Source: Bacteroidales bacterium UBA5326 | GTDB lineage: Bacteria; Bacteroidota; Bacteroidia; Bacteroidales; UBA932 | Assembly (NCBI GenBank): GCA_002408205.1 | Contig: DHQY01000003.1 | Span: 132 to 64,131 of the forward strand | Reading direction: 5' to 3' | Length of the DNA: 64,000 nucleotides | Program-made: the position numbers and the translations under genes | Notes under the pieces: model-generated | What the model was told of the DNA's origin: nothing | Database searches by the model: none | Seen by the model: only the letters and a program-made list of their open reading frames with translations | Shown: piece after piece, positions 46,341 through 56,130 of the stretch | Layout of the letters: the number at the start of each line of letters is the position of its first letter | How positions within the stretch are numbered: position 1 is the stretch's first letter

Positions 46341-47387
46341 ATGGCCGTAAAAACAACAACAAAAGACACCTTTTCTGCATATAAGCGTATATTATCTGAT
46401 CTGCAGTCCGGAGATTATAAACCTTGTTATCTGTTGATGGGCGAGGAATCTTTCTATGTAGACAAGCTCAGTTCCTATATTGCCGAACATACCCTGCCCG
46501 AAGACCAGAAAGCTTTTAATCAGCTTATTCTCTATGGGAATGCAGTGACTGCGGCCCAGGTAATTGACAATGCCAGAAGGTATCCCATGATGGCAGACCG
46601 TCAGGTGGTTATTGTGCGTGAGGCTCAGCAAATGAAAGGCCTTGAATTGTTCATCCATTATTTTAAGGCAGTCAATCCATCTACGGTGCTTGTGCTCTGT
46701 TTTATGGGTAAATCCGTTGACAAGAGGAGCGCCTTTTGGAATGCAGCACAAAAAGTATGTGAAGTGTTAGATTCCAATCCCCTGAGAGATTACGAAGTGG
46801 CTAACTGGATAACCGGTTACCTCGGGGAAATGAAATATAAAATAGAACCTCAGGCTGCCGGAATGATGGCTGACTTCCTGGGAACCGATCTTCAGCGCAT
46901 TGCCATGGAACTGGATAAGTTGTTCCTTCTTATGCCCCAGGGAACCGATACCGTAACCACAGAAACCGTGGAACGGTCAGTAGGGGTGAACAGAGATTAC
47001 AGTCCGTTTACATTATTCCGGTATCTTTCAGAAAGAAACTTTGCCATGATCCAGCCCATTATTGCCTACTATTCGGACAACGATAAGAAATATCCCCTGG
47101 TAATGCTTATAAGTCTCATGTATACCCATTTTTCCCGTATTCTCAGGTATCATGCCGTGAGTATGGAAAATCCATCCCTTTCTCCGGAAGAAATAGGAAA
47201 GAAAATGGGAGGCAATTTTTATTTTTTCAAGGAAATTGCAGCTGCTGCACGTAATTATTCCTTTAAAAGAACGTTATACGTGATTGACCTTTTGGGCCGG
47301 TACGATAATTTGTACAAATCGTCTAACCGCGGTGAAGCCACAGACGGAGAACTGTTGACGGAACTGGTCTGCAGGATAGTAGCCTAA
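46341..47387 (+). CDS. holA: DNA polymerase III subunit delta
   Basis: 348 aa with HolA-like N-terminal layout (CYLLMGEESFYVDKL...). Confidence 0.82.
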   Translation: MAVKTTTKDTFSAYKRILSDLQSGDYKPCYLLMGEESFYVDKLSSYIAEHTLPEDQKAFNQLILYGNAVTAAQVIDNARRYPMMADRQVVIVREAQQMKGLELFIHYFKAVNPSTVLVLCFMGKSVDKRSAFWNAAQKVCEVLDSNPLRDYEVANWITGYLGEMKYKIEPQAAGMMADFLGTDLQRIAMELDKLFLLMPQGTDTVTTETVERSVGVNRDYSPFTLFRYLSERNFAMIQPIIAYYSDNDKKYPLVMLISLMYTHFSRILRYHAVSMENPSLSPEEIGKKMGGNFYFFKEIAAAARNYSFKRTLYVIDLLGRYDNLYKSSNRGEATDGELLTELVCRIVA

Positions 47388-48487
47388 TCTATATAGACAC
47401 GGGGCACTCTATAGGCTACTGAGGTCAGGATCTCATAGGGAATAGTCCCAAGTGTTTCTGCCAGGGTAAAAATTGAGGGATTCTCTCCAAAAACGGTCAC
47501 CATATCACCTTCTTTGACGTCAATGCCGGTTATATCTATCATGCACATATCCATGCATATATTGCCTACTGTCGGAGCCAGGTGCCCGTTAACCATGAAC
47601 GAGGCGCGTCCTCCGCTCAGGTGACGGTTTACGCCGTCGGCATAGCCGATGGCCAGAGTGGCAATTCTGGCAGGACCCGAGACGATTTTCCCCGCTCTTC
47701 CGTAGCCTACGGTCTCACCAGCGTTTACCGTTCTTATCTGAAGTACGGGAGTTCGCAGGAAGGCAGTGGGTTTAAGCCTTGTACGGTCAACGTAGGACAT
47801 GCCGTACAATCCAATGCCCAGCCGGGCCATGTCGTATGCCGCTTCTTTGGCAAACCTTTCAATCCCCGGTGAATTTAGAATATGACGCAATGGATGGTAG
47901 GGCAGTGCTTTCATAATGATTGAGCTTCCTTTTTCGAAGAGGGATATCTGCTGACGGGTAAAATCATCGTGAACAGGATCTCCCGAAGCAACAAAATGAG
48001 TAAATACCGATGCAATACGTGCGTACGGAGAGGGCAGTTCGTCTGTTAAGGTGCCAAGTTCGGAAAGTTCGAATCCCAGGCGGTGCATGCCCGTATCGAG
48101 CTTGATGTGAACGGGATATTCCTTTATACTCATCTCACGGGCCGTTCTGACAAACCTCAGGAATGATTCCATGGTTGGGATACTTGGCTCCAGATTGTAT
48201 TCCATGAGCAGCGGAAAATGTTCAACGCCTGCAGATAGAACGATAATGGGTAATTTGACGCCGGCTTTTCTTATTTCCACACCTTCCTGTGGAAACGCCA
48301 CGGCCAGATAATCAACGCCATTTTTTTCCAGGATCTTTGAAAATTCCCCTGCTCCGTGGCCGTATCCGTAAGCCTTTACCAGTATAAGGAGTTTTTCGGT
48401 GGGAGGCAGGCAGGATCTAAAATAGGCAAGATTGTGTTTCAGGTTAGAGATGTTAATCTCCAGATGTGTGTGGTTAAGTTCTTTCAT
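47384..48487 (-). CDS. alr: Alanine racemase
   Basis: 367 aa with the PLP-lysine motif [11 protein letters not shown]. It is stand-alone, not fused to murF. Confidence 0.92.
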   Translation of the reverse strand: MKELNHTHLEINISNLKHNLAYFRSCLPPTEKLLILVKAYGYGHGAGEFSKILEKNGVDYLAVAFPQEGVEIRKAGVKLPIIVLSAGVEHFPLLMEYNLEPSIPTMESFLRFVRTAREMSIKEYPVHIKLDTGMHRLGFELSELGTLTDELPSPYARIASVFTHFVASGDPVHDDFTRQQISLFEKGSSIIMKALPYHPLRHILNSPGIERFAKEAAYDMARLGIGLYGMSYVDRTRLKPTAFLRTPVLQIRTVNAGETVGYGRAGKIVSGPARIATLAIGYADGVNRHLSGGRASFMVNGHLAPTVGNICMDMCMIDITGIDVKEGDMVTVFGENPSIFTLAETLGTIPYEILTSVAYRVPRVYID

Positions 48488-49046
48488 TTTTCACTTTGTT
48501 GAAACAATGCCGGCAGAGAGGTTCGTAGGTGTCTTTTTCGCCCAGTTCCACCAGCCGGGTACTGGTGCTGAGTCTGTGGGAGTGTTGTGCGGAATCTCCG
48601 CAGCGGACACATATGGCGTGGACTTTTGTGACATGTTCGGCTACGGCCATAAGATTGGGCATGGGCCCAAACGGATTGCCCAGGTAATCCATGTCAAGTC
48701 CGGCTACTATTACACGTATTCCATTATCTGCAAGCATCTGGCAGACTCGGATAAGATTCATGTCAAAAAACTGCGCTTCATCTATCCCCACAACCTCTAC
48801 GTTATTTGCCAGTAATAAGATACTTTCGGCAGAATCGACCGGTGTCGAAAGGATGCTGTTACTATCGTGAGAAACCACCTCCTGGGTGGAATAACGCGTA
48901 TCAAGCTGGGGTTTGAATATCTCGACCCTTTGGTTGGCAAACTTGGCCCTTTTTAATCTTCTGATCAGCTCTTCGGTTTTTCCGGAGAACATAGATCCGC
49001 AGATAACTTCTATCCAGCCGGATCGTTTATGATTTTCCAGAAACAT
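48474..49046 (-). CDS. tdk: Thymidine kinase
   Basis: 190 aa. Walker [12 protein letters not shown], Zn-binding Cys pairs (CVRCG...CRHC). Confidence 0.94.
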   Translation of the reverse strand: MFLENHKRSGWIEVICGSMFSGKTEELIRRLKRAKFANQRVEIFKPQLDTRYSTQEVVSHDSNSILSTPVDSAESILLLANNVEVVGIDEAQFFDMNLIRVCQMLADNGIRVIVAGLDMDYLGNPFGPMPNLMAVAEHVTKVHAICVRCGDSAQHSHRLSTSTRLVELGEKDTYEPLCRHCFNKVKNERT

Positions 49047-49057
49047 AGTATTCTGTT

Positions 49058-49867
49058 CTAAAAATTAATATCAATGCGCCCCGTATATACCGTGTTGGCT
49101 CCTGTCTGCACAATGGTAACGTCTTTTCCTTCCAGATTCAGACAATGCTCCGCGTTTTCAAGAAATGTATGGGAATGGCCTCCAATAATTAGATCAATAT
49201 TTCGTGAATTTTCCGCGAGAACCCTGTCGGTTTCCAGCCCCAGGTGGGTAAGACAGATGATCATACGGCAGCCTTTTTTCTTCAGTTTAATGGCCAGTTC
49301 TTCTGCCACCTCAACCGGGTCGTGGTAGGTAAGTTTTTCCAAAACGGTCCCCGAGGTATATCCTGTAAGATCCAAAGTCAGGCCTATAACTCCTATCTTA
49401 ATATCTCCTGCCTTAAAAATAGCATAGGGTTTGACCAGCCGTTTGAGGGGACGATAATGGATATCGTAGTTTGCACATAAAGTCTGGTATTTTGCCCGGG
49501 AGAGCCTTTTAACCAGATCTTCCATCCCGTTGTCGAATTCATGGTTCCCCAGTGTGGTTGCATTCAGTCCCATAGTATTCAGCAGCTCCACTTCCATCAT
49601 ACCCCCGAAAAGATTGAAATAGGGAGTCCCCTGATTGTAATCTCCGGCATCGAGATAAAGGACATGATCATTTTCTTCACGCACCTGGCGAATGTAGCCC
49701 GATAAGGCCAGCATGCCGCCTGTGCCGGCGTTTCTTCCGGAAGTGAATGCCTCCATCTGGCTGTGCATGTCATTTGTGTGCAGAATGACAAGATCCTGAG
49801 CGTTCAATTGGAATGCACAGAAGCAGAACAATACGGTAAGCCGGGGTAGTATAAGTATTTTGTTCAT
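49058..49867 (-). CDS. Secreted metallophosphatase (5'-nucleotidase/UshA N-terminal domain only)
   Basis: Signal peptide. Motifs HTNDMH, DAGD, GNHEFD, GGHSH. Confidence 0.85.
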   Translation of the reverse strand: MNKILILPRLTVLFCFCAFQLNAQDLVILHTNDMHSQMEAFTSGRNAGTGGMLALSGYIRQVREENDHVLYLDAGDYNQGTPYFNLFGGMMEVELLNTMGLNATTLGNHEFDNGMEDLVKRLSRAKYQTLCANYDIHYRPLKRLVKPYAIFKAGDIKIGVIGLTLDLTGYTSGTVLEKLTYHDPVEVAEELAIKLKKKGCRMIICLTHLGLETDRVLAENSRNIDLIIGGHSHTFLENAEHCLNLEGKDVTIVQTGANTVYTGRIDINF

Positions 49868-49869
49868 GA

Positions 49870-50658
49870 TTAATGATCTCCTGATGCCTTGTCAACCGTT
49901 ACCCGTCCGTCTGTTTTAGCGGGAATAGGCTCGCCGTTGCGTGTAAAAACTTCTATATAACGGAGAATAACATCGCGTACGGTAATCCCGGAAAAATTCA
50001 CTTTCAGATTATCTTTCAGGGCAGAAACCTTGTCTCCTCCCGACAAAAGAAAGTCTATGGTGGCAACCCGGTAGATTTTGTTATCGTCAAGAGGTTTCCC
50101 GTTAATAAGCAATTCCGTAACGGAACGATTATTTATTTTTAGAGATACCCCGCCCAGCACTTCAACACGGGTACGGGCAAATGCGTTGAATAATTCACGA
50201 ACCTGGCTTCCCTTCATGGATATAAGCACCAACGTGTTTTCAAAAGGGAATACAGCATAGATGTCGTACAGACGAACATCGCCTTTGGGCAGGGAAGTGC
50301 GGATACCTCCAAAGTTAGTCAGACTAAAATCTACTCCATCTTTTCCGTACCGGGTCCTGGCTACGGCGAGCAATGCATCGGCGGCAAGATTGGATAACGG
50401 GCTCTCCGGGGAATACGATCGCATTTCGCTGACCGTATATCCGACCACTTTTCCCATTTGCTTGTGCAGTTCGGGAGAGTATGTGTCCATTATCCGTTGT
50501 ACGGCAGGCATGGCATAACCCGCAAACACAACGGTATCCATAAGAATACGGCTTGTCTTGATGGACTGGGCCTGCACAGGCAGGGCCCAGTCCATCAACA
50601 TTACCGTCAAAATGAAAAAATGCAGAGATCGTTTTATCCGTTTTTGTAACGCATCCAT
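49870..50658 (-). CDS. Secreted 5'-nucleotidase C-terminal (substrate-binding) domain protein
   Basis: Start trimmed to the ATG at 50658, giving the signal peptide MDALQKRIKRSLHFFILTVMLMDWALPVQAQS. 5_nucleotid_C-like body (..NFGGIR..L..GDV...D.Y.VFPFENT). Confidence 0.8.
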   Translation of the reverse strand: MDALQKRIKRSLHFFILTVMLMDWALPVQAQSIKTSRILMDTVVFAGYAMPAVQRIMDTYSPELHKQMGKVVGYTVSEMRSYSPESPLSNLAADALLAVARTRYGKDGVDFSLTNFGGIRTSLPKGDVRLYDIYAVFPFENTLVLISMKGSQVRELFNAFARTRVEVLGGVSLKINNRSVTELLINGKPLDDNKIYRVATIDFLLSGGDKVSALKDNLKVNFSGITVRDVILRYIEVFTRNGEPIPAKTDGRVTVDKASGDH

Positions 50659-51974
50659 TTCCAAAGTTCTTTCCAGGTGATCTTTTTTCCGTACATCAGA
50701 ATTCCTACGCGATAGATCTTTGCCGAGAAGTGTACCACGGCAATAAATGTGGCAAATAGCAGAACAAGGGATAGAAGCAACTGCCACAGAGGAACACCCC
50801 CAAAAGGCAGCCGGGCAAGCATCACCATGGGAGAGGTGAACGGGATCATTGAGGCCCAGACAGACAATGAACTGTCGGGATGCTGGAAAGTGTGCATCAT
50901 AATAAACAATCCAAGGATCAGCGGAATGGTTATGGGCAGCTGGAATTGCTGTGTATCGGTTTCAGCGTCGGAAACCGATCCGACGGCTGCAAACATAGAT
51001 GCATACATAAGATAACCGCCAATAAAATACAGGCAGAAACTCAACAGAAATTGTCCCAGACGGATTTGGGATAATGTGCTGGCAATGCCGGTGAATACAC
51101 CGTCTCCCGAGTCGAACGAAGCAACAAGTGAAGGAATCCCGCCCTGGATCTGTTGTGCAGTATCTGCGTTTGGCAGCATGCCGGTGCCCGCCAATGCCAT
51201 AACAACCACTACAATGATTCCGGTAAGCAATATCCAGAGAAAGAATTGAAGCAGAGCCACAAGAGCCACACCCACTATCTTGCCCAACATAAGCTCAACA
51301 GGTTTTACGGAAGAAATAATTACTTCTACAATCCTGTTTGTTTTCTCTTCAATGACACCGCGGATGACCATGGAACCGTACATGAAAATAAACATATAAA
51401 TGAGGAAGCTGCTTATATAGGCGATAGCCATATATACTTCCGTTACGGTCTCTTTTTCGTCGCCCTCTTCGGTCCATTTAAGCGATTTTATCTGTATATC
51501 GGTAGAAATATCCCTGAGGATCTCTTCCAATTGCGGAATGTTGTAAGAAGCCAGTTTCCTGTTCTCAACCTCTTGTCCTATCTGCTGTGCGATATATCGT
51601 TGAACATCCGAATCAATTTGAGCCGTGCTGTACATCCGTACTTCCACAGAATTGTTTTGTGCAGGTTCAATTACGCATACGGCATGCAAACCGCTTTCGG
51701 CAAAATGGGTCTTGTAGTATTCCAGATCACCCTCAGTTTTGAATATGAATTCGGTATTGTTGCCGTTCTCAAGCACCTGCTGCGCTATCCCAGTAGGGTC
51801 GATCACTTCTATACGTTTTTCGTTGCTATCCTTAAGAGTCGCCATCAGTGTAGGAACGGTAACCAGGGCGGCCATAAGCAGCGGCGTCACAAACGTGGCT
51901 ACAAGAAAAGATTTCTTGCGAACGCGGATAAGAAATTCCCGGCCAATGATAAGATTTACTTTTTTCAGATTCAT
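50634..51974 (-). CDS. ABC-2 type transporter permease (NatB-like)
   Basis: 446 aa with an N-terminal TM helix, a large extracytoplasmic loop and about 5 C-terminal TM helices. It follows an ABC ATPase. Confidence 0.8.
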   Translation of the reverse strand: MNLKKVNLIIGREFLIRVRKKSFLVATFVTPLLMAALVTVPTLMATLKDSNEKRIEVIDPTGIAQQVLENGNNTEFIFKTEGDLEYYKTHFAESGLHAVCVIEPAQNNSVEVRMYSTAQIDSDVQRYIAQQIGQEVENRKLASYNIPQLEEILRDISTDIQIKSLKWTEEGDEKETVTEVYMAIAYISSFLIYMFIFMYGSMVIRGVIEEKTNRIVEVIISSVKPVELMLGKIVGVALVALLQFFLWILLTGIIVVVVMALAGTGMLPNADTAQQIQGGIPSLVASFDSGDGVFTGIASTLSQIRLGQFLLSFCLYFIGGYLMYASMFAAVGSVSDAETDTQQFQLPITIPLILGLFIMMHTFQHPDSSLSVWASMIPFTSPMVMLARLPFGGVPLWQLLLSLVLLFATFIAVVHFSAKIYRVGILMYGKKITWKELWKWMRYKNG

Positions 51975-51977
51975 ATA

Positions 51978-52901
51978 CTATGCCTCCTTATCCGTTACAA
52001 GTTTAATAAATATGTCGTGCATCCGGGGTATGATTTCATTCACCCCCACAATGGATAATTCCGGTAACAGGACTTTTATTATATCGTTCGTGCTGAACCC
52101 TTCCCTGATGGCCACGGTCATGCTGTAAGAACCGTCTTTTGTCCCATCAGAAACCACCGAGAAAGGAAGATCGGATGTGGACAGGGGAGCATAGGGGGCC
52201 GAAGACCTGTAGAGAATTTCAATGTTGTTGTCACCGTGTATGCGCCTGATATCGTGAACTTTACCCGCAACCACCAGCTTTGCTTTGTTGATAAGGGCAA
52301 TTTCGTCGCACAGTTCCTCTACCGATTCCATATTATGAGTAGACAGTATGACGCTCGTCCCATTGGATTTGAGACGGAGAATTTCGTTGCGTATGAGATC
52401 TACGTTAATCGGATCAAATCCGCTAAAAGGTTCGTCAAGAATCAGCAACCTGGGATTATGCATAACGGTTGTGACGAACTGGACTTTCTGGGCCATACCT
52501 TTTGACAGTTCAGTAATTTTTTTATTCCACCATGCCTGGATTCCAAACCGCACAAACCAGGATTTCAGGCTGGAAAGAGCAGCTGCCTGAGACATCCCTT
52601 TCAAACGGGCCAGATACATTGCCTGATCGCCTATTTTCATTTTTTTGTATAAACCGCGTTCTTCCGGAAGATATCCAATCTTGAATACATCGTTTGCTTC
52701 CAGGGGACGGTTATCAAAAAGGACCGATCCGCTGTCAGGCGCAGTAATTTGATTTACTATGCGTAACAGTGTGGTTTTTCCGGCGCCGTTGGGGCCCAGC
52801 AACCCAAAGATCTTTCCTTCGGGAACGTCAATACTGACGTTGTCGAGAGCCAGTTGCCCTTCAAAGCGCTTTACTACATTTTGAGTAATTAAAATGCTCA
52901 T
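51978..52901 (-). CDS. ABC transporter ATP-binding protein (NatA-like)
   Basis: Walker A GPNGAGKTT, signature LSKGMAQK, Walker B LILDEPF. The ATG at 52901 is favoured by the promoter box at 52938-52945. Confidence 0.88.
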   Translation of the reverse strand: MSILITQNVVKRFEGQLALDNVSIDVPEGKIFGLLGPNGAGKTTLLRIVNQITAPDSGSVLFDNRPLEANDVFKIGYLPEERGLYKKMKIGDQAMYLARLKGMSQAAALSSLKSWFVRFGIQAWWNKKITELSKGMAQKVQFVTTVMHNPRLLILDEPFSGFDPINVDLIRNEILRLKSNGTSVILSTHNMESVEELCDEIALINKAKLVVAGKVHDIRRIHGDNNIEILYRSSAPYAPLSTSDLPFSVVSDGTKDGSYSMTVAIREGFSTNDIIKVLLPELSIVGVNEIIPRMHDIFIKLVTDKEA

Positions 52902-52937
52902 TATTCCGATATATAAATGTTGAGAAATTGCTTCGGG

Positions 52938-52945
52938 CAAAGATA
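52938..52945 (-). promoter_or_regulatory. TAnnTTTG -7 box (TATCTTTG on the minus strand) for the NatAB-like operon
   Basis: Plus strand reads CAAAGATA, 36 nt upstream of the ATG at 52901. Confidence 0.4.
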
Positions 52946-52949
52946 GTAA

Positions 52950-53597
52950 TTACCGACACACATACAACGCAATTTTTGTCGCCTGGACCTGCGAAAGGAT
53001 TTTTTCTTTAACAAGAATCTCCAACCGGCAGGAGTCGGCTCCCGCCAGTTCCCGGAAACGAACAATACTTCTGGCCAGGTATTTGCCAATGTATGGGTGG
53101 CTCGCAAGATGAATTTCCGGCGCCTTTTGCAGATCTATATATTGTATAAGCGAAGCATCTGCTCTCAGACGATCCCTGAACCCGTTGAACCGCTCACGGT
53201 CAATTCCGTCGATTTCCAGCAATTGTTCCGGATGAACATATCCGCCCAGCCTGTCTCTGTACAAAAGTATTTTCCGGGCATAATAGGGCCCGATTCCGTA
53301 AAGTTTCAACAAATCCAGGCTGTCGGCCGTATTGAGTTCCAGTCGTTCTTTTGCGATGACGGTTTTTCTTTTTTGTTTCTCCGGCAGCGTGTCTCCGGGA
53401 TGTAGTACCGTTCGTGTATACGCGACGGCAACAGTCCGCGGCCTTATGTAATCCTGAAAAGCATCTGTAATTTCCCGCGCCGGTGGATCGTGCCGGGGTG
53501 TATTCCGGTATGAAACAATCCTGATCACTATGATGATGGCAATAATACTTACCCCTCTGGCATGAATAACATACCTTTCCCTATTCTTCCATTTCAT
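52950..53597 (-). CDS. ComEA-like helix-hairpin-helix DNA-binding protein
   Basis: N-terminal TM helix, then two HhH repeats (LNTADSLDLLKLYGIGPYYARKILLYR ; ...LASHPYIGKYLARSIVRFR). Confidence 0.7.
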   Translation of the reverse strand: MKWKNRERYVIHARGVSIIAIIIVIRIVSYRNTPRHDPPAREITDAFQDYIRPRTVAVAYTRTVLHPGDTLPEKQKRKTVIAKERLELNTADSLDLLKLYGIGPYYARKILLYRDRLGGYVHPEQLLEIDGIDRERFNGFRDRLRADASLIQYIDLQKAPEIHLASHPYIGKYLARSIVRFRELAGADSCRLEILVKEKILSQVQATKIALYVCR

Positions 53598-54276
53598 TGT
53601 CCTTCCCTCTTCCCTTCACTACGATGACAATTTCTCCTTTTGGTTCATTTTTGCTGTACCAGCCATGCAATTCAGACAGGGTCCCGCGTCTGTTCTCTTC
53701 GTGGACCTTGCTCAATTCCCTGGAAACACAAGCCATTCTTCCGGGGCCCATTACTCCTGCCAGCTGTTCCAGCGTTAAAACCAGTCTGTATGGCGATTCA
53801 TAAATAATAATAGTTCGTGTTTCTGAAGCCAGTATTTCAAGGCGGGTCTTACGTCCTTTCTTTGCCGGCAGAAATCCTTCAAAACAAAACCGGTCAGAAG
53901 GTAATCCGCTATTAATGAGTGCAGGTACAAAAGCAGTGGCTCCGGGAAGAGTCTCTACTTCTATACCGCATTCCAGACAGCAACGAATCAGCATAAATCC
54001 CGGATCGGAAATACCCGGAGTTCCCGCATCGCTTATCAGGGCAACGTTCAAACCGCCCAGAATCCGATTGGCAACTAATGCGACGTTACGGTGTTCATTG
54101 AATTTATGATGAGATTCCATGCGTGTGCCAATTCCGAACTTTTTCATAAGTACACTGCTGGTCCGGGTGTCTTCCGCCAATACCAGATCGACTTCCTTGA
54201 GGACCCTCAGCGCACGCAGTGTGATGTCCTCAAGATTTCCCACCGGTGTGGGCACGATATAAAGTTTAGCGCACAT
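53581..54276 (-). CDS. rsmI: 16S rRNA (cytidine1402-2'-O)-methyltransferase
   Basis: 231 aa with the N-terminus LYIVPTPVGNLEDITLRALRVLKEVDLVLAEDTR, typical of RsmI. Confidence 0.9.
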   Translation of the reverse strand: MCAKLYIVPTPVGNLEDITLRALRVLKEVDLVLAEDTRTSSVLMKKFGIGTRMESHHKFNEHRNVALVANRILGGLNVALISDAGTPGISDPGFMLIRCCLECGIEVETLPGATAFVPALINSGLPSDRFCFEGFLPAKKGRKTRLEILASETRTIIIYESPYRLVLTLEQLAGVMGPGRMACVSRELSKVHEENRRGTLSELHGWYSKNEPKGEIVIVVKGRGKDNEMEE

Positions 54277-54766
54277 GATCCTCCAGTTGGCATAGAAATC
54301 TGTGTACAGCAGGTGAAGTAACGTCCCAGTTGGGGAAGTGCGTTCCCAGGTATGATTCCACTTCGCGCATGGAGGTCATGGGCTCCAGGATATCGATGGT
54401 ATTATTAAAGAGCCCGGCGTCCTGATTAAAAAGGACTTTTGTAAACAGGTATTTGTCGTTGAAAGAAATTCTTTCTTTCAACGGGTTTCTTGAGTTGCTC
54501 CTGGCCAGAACCTCTGCTACGGTGGGCCCCGGGTTCATATTCGTAAACAAGTCTCCAATAGTAGGAACCGGTTTGGGTTTTGTAACGTGAACCCGTTCGG
54601 GCTCCGGCTTAGCTTCGGGTTCGGGTTCAGGTTCGGGAATGAACTCGGGTTCTGTTTCATCCGGGACAATCAGTTCAAAAGCCGGCTTGTCCTGGTACAG
54701 GGCATCTATCCGTTCATTGAGTTGTGCCAGTAGTGCCTTTATTTCCGAATATTCTTTCTGATCCAT
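54266..54766 (-). CDS. Hypothetical protein with PE-repeat linker
   Basis: 166 aa with an N-terminal helix, an EPEFIPEPEPEPEAKPEPE linker and a C-terminal globular part. No family recognised. Confidence 0.55.
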   Translation of the reverse strand: MDQKEYSEIKALLAQLNERIDALYQDKPAFELIVPDETEPEFIPEPEPEPEAKPEPERVHVTKPKPVPTIGDLFTNMNPGPTVAEVLARSNSRNPLKERISFNDKYLFTKVLFNQDAGLFNNTIDILEPMTSMREVESYLGTHFPNWDVTSPAVHRFLCQLEDHVR

Positions 54767-54790
54767 AGGCCAAATTTACAAAAACTGTGG

Positions 54791-55504
54791 TTATTGTGGA
54801 ATAAACCGGTATACTATTTCTCCGCTCTGACGCGGAGGAGCATTCGTAGAAGAAGTAAACCGGCTCTGACGGGCAGCCCGAATGGCGAATTCCTGAAGGC
54901 AATGATCCATGGAAGAAAAATCCGCAACTATAAGCGCTTCCACAACCATCCCCTTTCTGTCTACTTCTATGGCAACGGTTACATCGCCTCCTCCAAGGCA
55001 TTTATAAGCAGGAATGGGCAGGTTCATGGCTTTCCGGCCATCGAGCCTGTACTCCAGAACAGAGGGTCCGGTATAGGCTTCAGTCTGTGTCTTTTTCTGG
55101 TCAATCCTGTCGGCCGGGACCATTTCTTCCTCTCCCTGTTGTTCCCGGACGGCTTTTCGGGCGGCATCGAGTCTTTCCTGCAACGACTTTGCCTCATCAT
55201 ACACCTGCTCGGGATTTCGGTTTCTGTCGTCTTTCAGGTGACGCTCCCTTTCCGAAATATCTACAGCAACATTTCTTGACTGTTGCTGGATACCGGCAAT
55301 CAGGTCTTCGAGTTCGGCGCTCAGTTCTTCGCGCCGTTTTTCTTTCTCTGCCTTTTCTTCTCTTTCTTCCTGTTTAGTGAAATCCAATACAAAAGTTGAC
55401 TCTTTCTGCACCAGAGAATTGATCTGATAGAGAAGAAAGCCTATCAGCACCAGAAGATGCAAAATAACCGTAAGGTAAATGCCTACTCTTGTCTCCTTCT
55501 TCAT
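54791..55504 (-). CDS. TonB/TolA-like membrane-anchored protein
   Basis: N-terminal TM helix, charged coiled-coil (EEREEKAEKEKRREE), and a C-terminal domain loosely resembling TonB_C. Confidence 0.55.
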   Translation of the reverse strand: MKKETRVGIYLTVILHLLVLIGFLLYQINSLVQKESTFVLDFTKQEEREEKAEKEKRREELSAELEDLIAGIQQQSRNVAVDISERERHLKDDRNRNPEQVYDEAKSLQERLDAARKAVREQQGEEEMVPADRIDQKKTQTEAYTGPSVLEYRLDGRKAMNLPIPAYKCLGGGDVTVAIEVDRKGMVVEALIVADFSSMDHCLQEFAIRAARQSRFTSSTNAPPRQSGEIVYRFIPQ

Positions 55505-55512
55505 GCGGAACT

Positions 55513-56130
55513 TTATTTGGTGAGCAAGGCCTTTTCTATGATGGCCATAAGCATGGTTATGGCTACCGTATTATGGCCTCCCTGAGGCACAATGATATCT
55601 GCATAACGTTTGGTAGGTTCTATGAATTGCAGGTGCATGGGTTTTACCGTCTTGTCATACCGCTCCAACACCTTGTTTACCGAACGTCCGCGTTCAATGA
55701 TATCTCTGGAGATGACTCGTGACAAACGATCATCTGCATCGGCATCTACAAAAATTTTAATATCCATACAGTCACGCAGGGCCGGATCTGAAAAAATAAG
55801 GATCCCTTCCAGAATAATGACGTGTGTGGGTTCAATATGTAAAGTTTCCCGGGAACGGGTACAGGTAATGTAGGAGTAAATGGGTTGTTCAATTGCATTT
55901 CCAGATTTCAGCATCATAACCTGTTGGACCATAAGCCCCCAGTCAATGGAGTCCGGATGGTCAAAATTCAATTCCTGTCTTTCTTCAAGGGGCAAATGAG
56001 AGTTGTCCTTGTAGTAAGAATCCTGGGGAATAACGGTAACCTGATCTGTATGCAGACGTTCAACAATTTTTTGTACGACCGTTGTTTTGCCCGATCCGGT
56101 TCCACCGGCAATACCAATTACTAGCATCAT
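55513..56130 (-). CDS. udk: Uridine kinase
   Basis: 205 aa. P-loop IGIAGGTGSGKTT and Udk-like body. Confidence 0.93.
   Translation of the reverse strand: MMLVIGIAGGTGSGKTTVVQKIVERLHTDQVTVIPQDSYYKDNSHLPLEERQELNFDHPDSIDWGLMVQQVMMLKSGNAIEQPIYSYITCTRSRETLHIEPTHVIILEGILIFSDPALRDCMDIKIFVDADADDRLSRVISRDIIERGRSVNKVLERYDKTVKPMHLQFIEPTKRYADIIVPQGGHNTVAITMLMAIIEKALLTK

Noticed and set aside
49058-50658. Split 5'-nucleotidase as a frameshifted pseudogene.
   Set aside because: The domain order is permuted (C-terminal domain gene first), both ORFs are intact with their own signal peptides, and catalytic motifs are preserved.
51153-52058. 301-aa ORF on the plus strand, antisense to the ABC-2 permease and ABC ATPase genes.
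   Set aside because: It is entirely antisense to two genes with clear family motifs. The translation is low-complexity and His/Asn/Tyr/Phe-rich with no recognisable motif, as expected for a shadow ORF.
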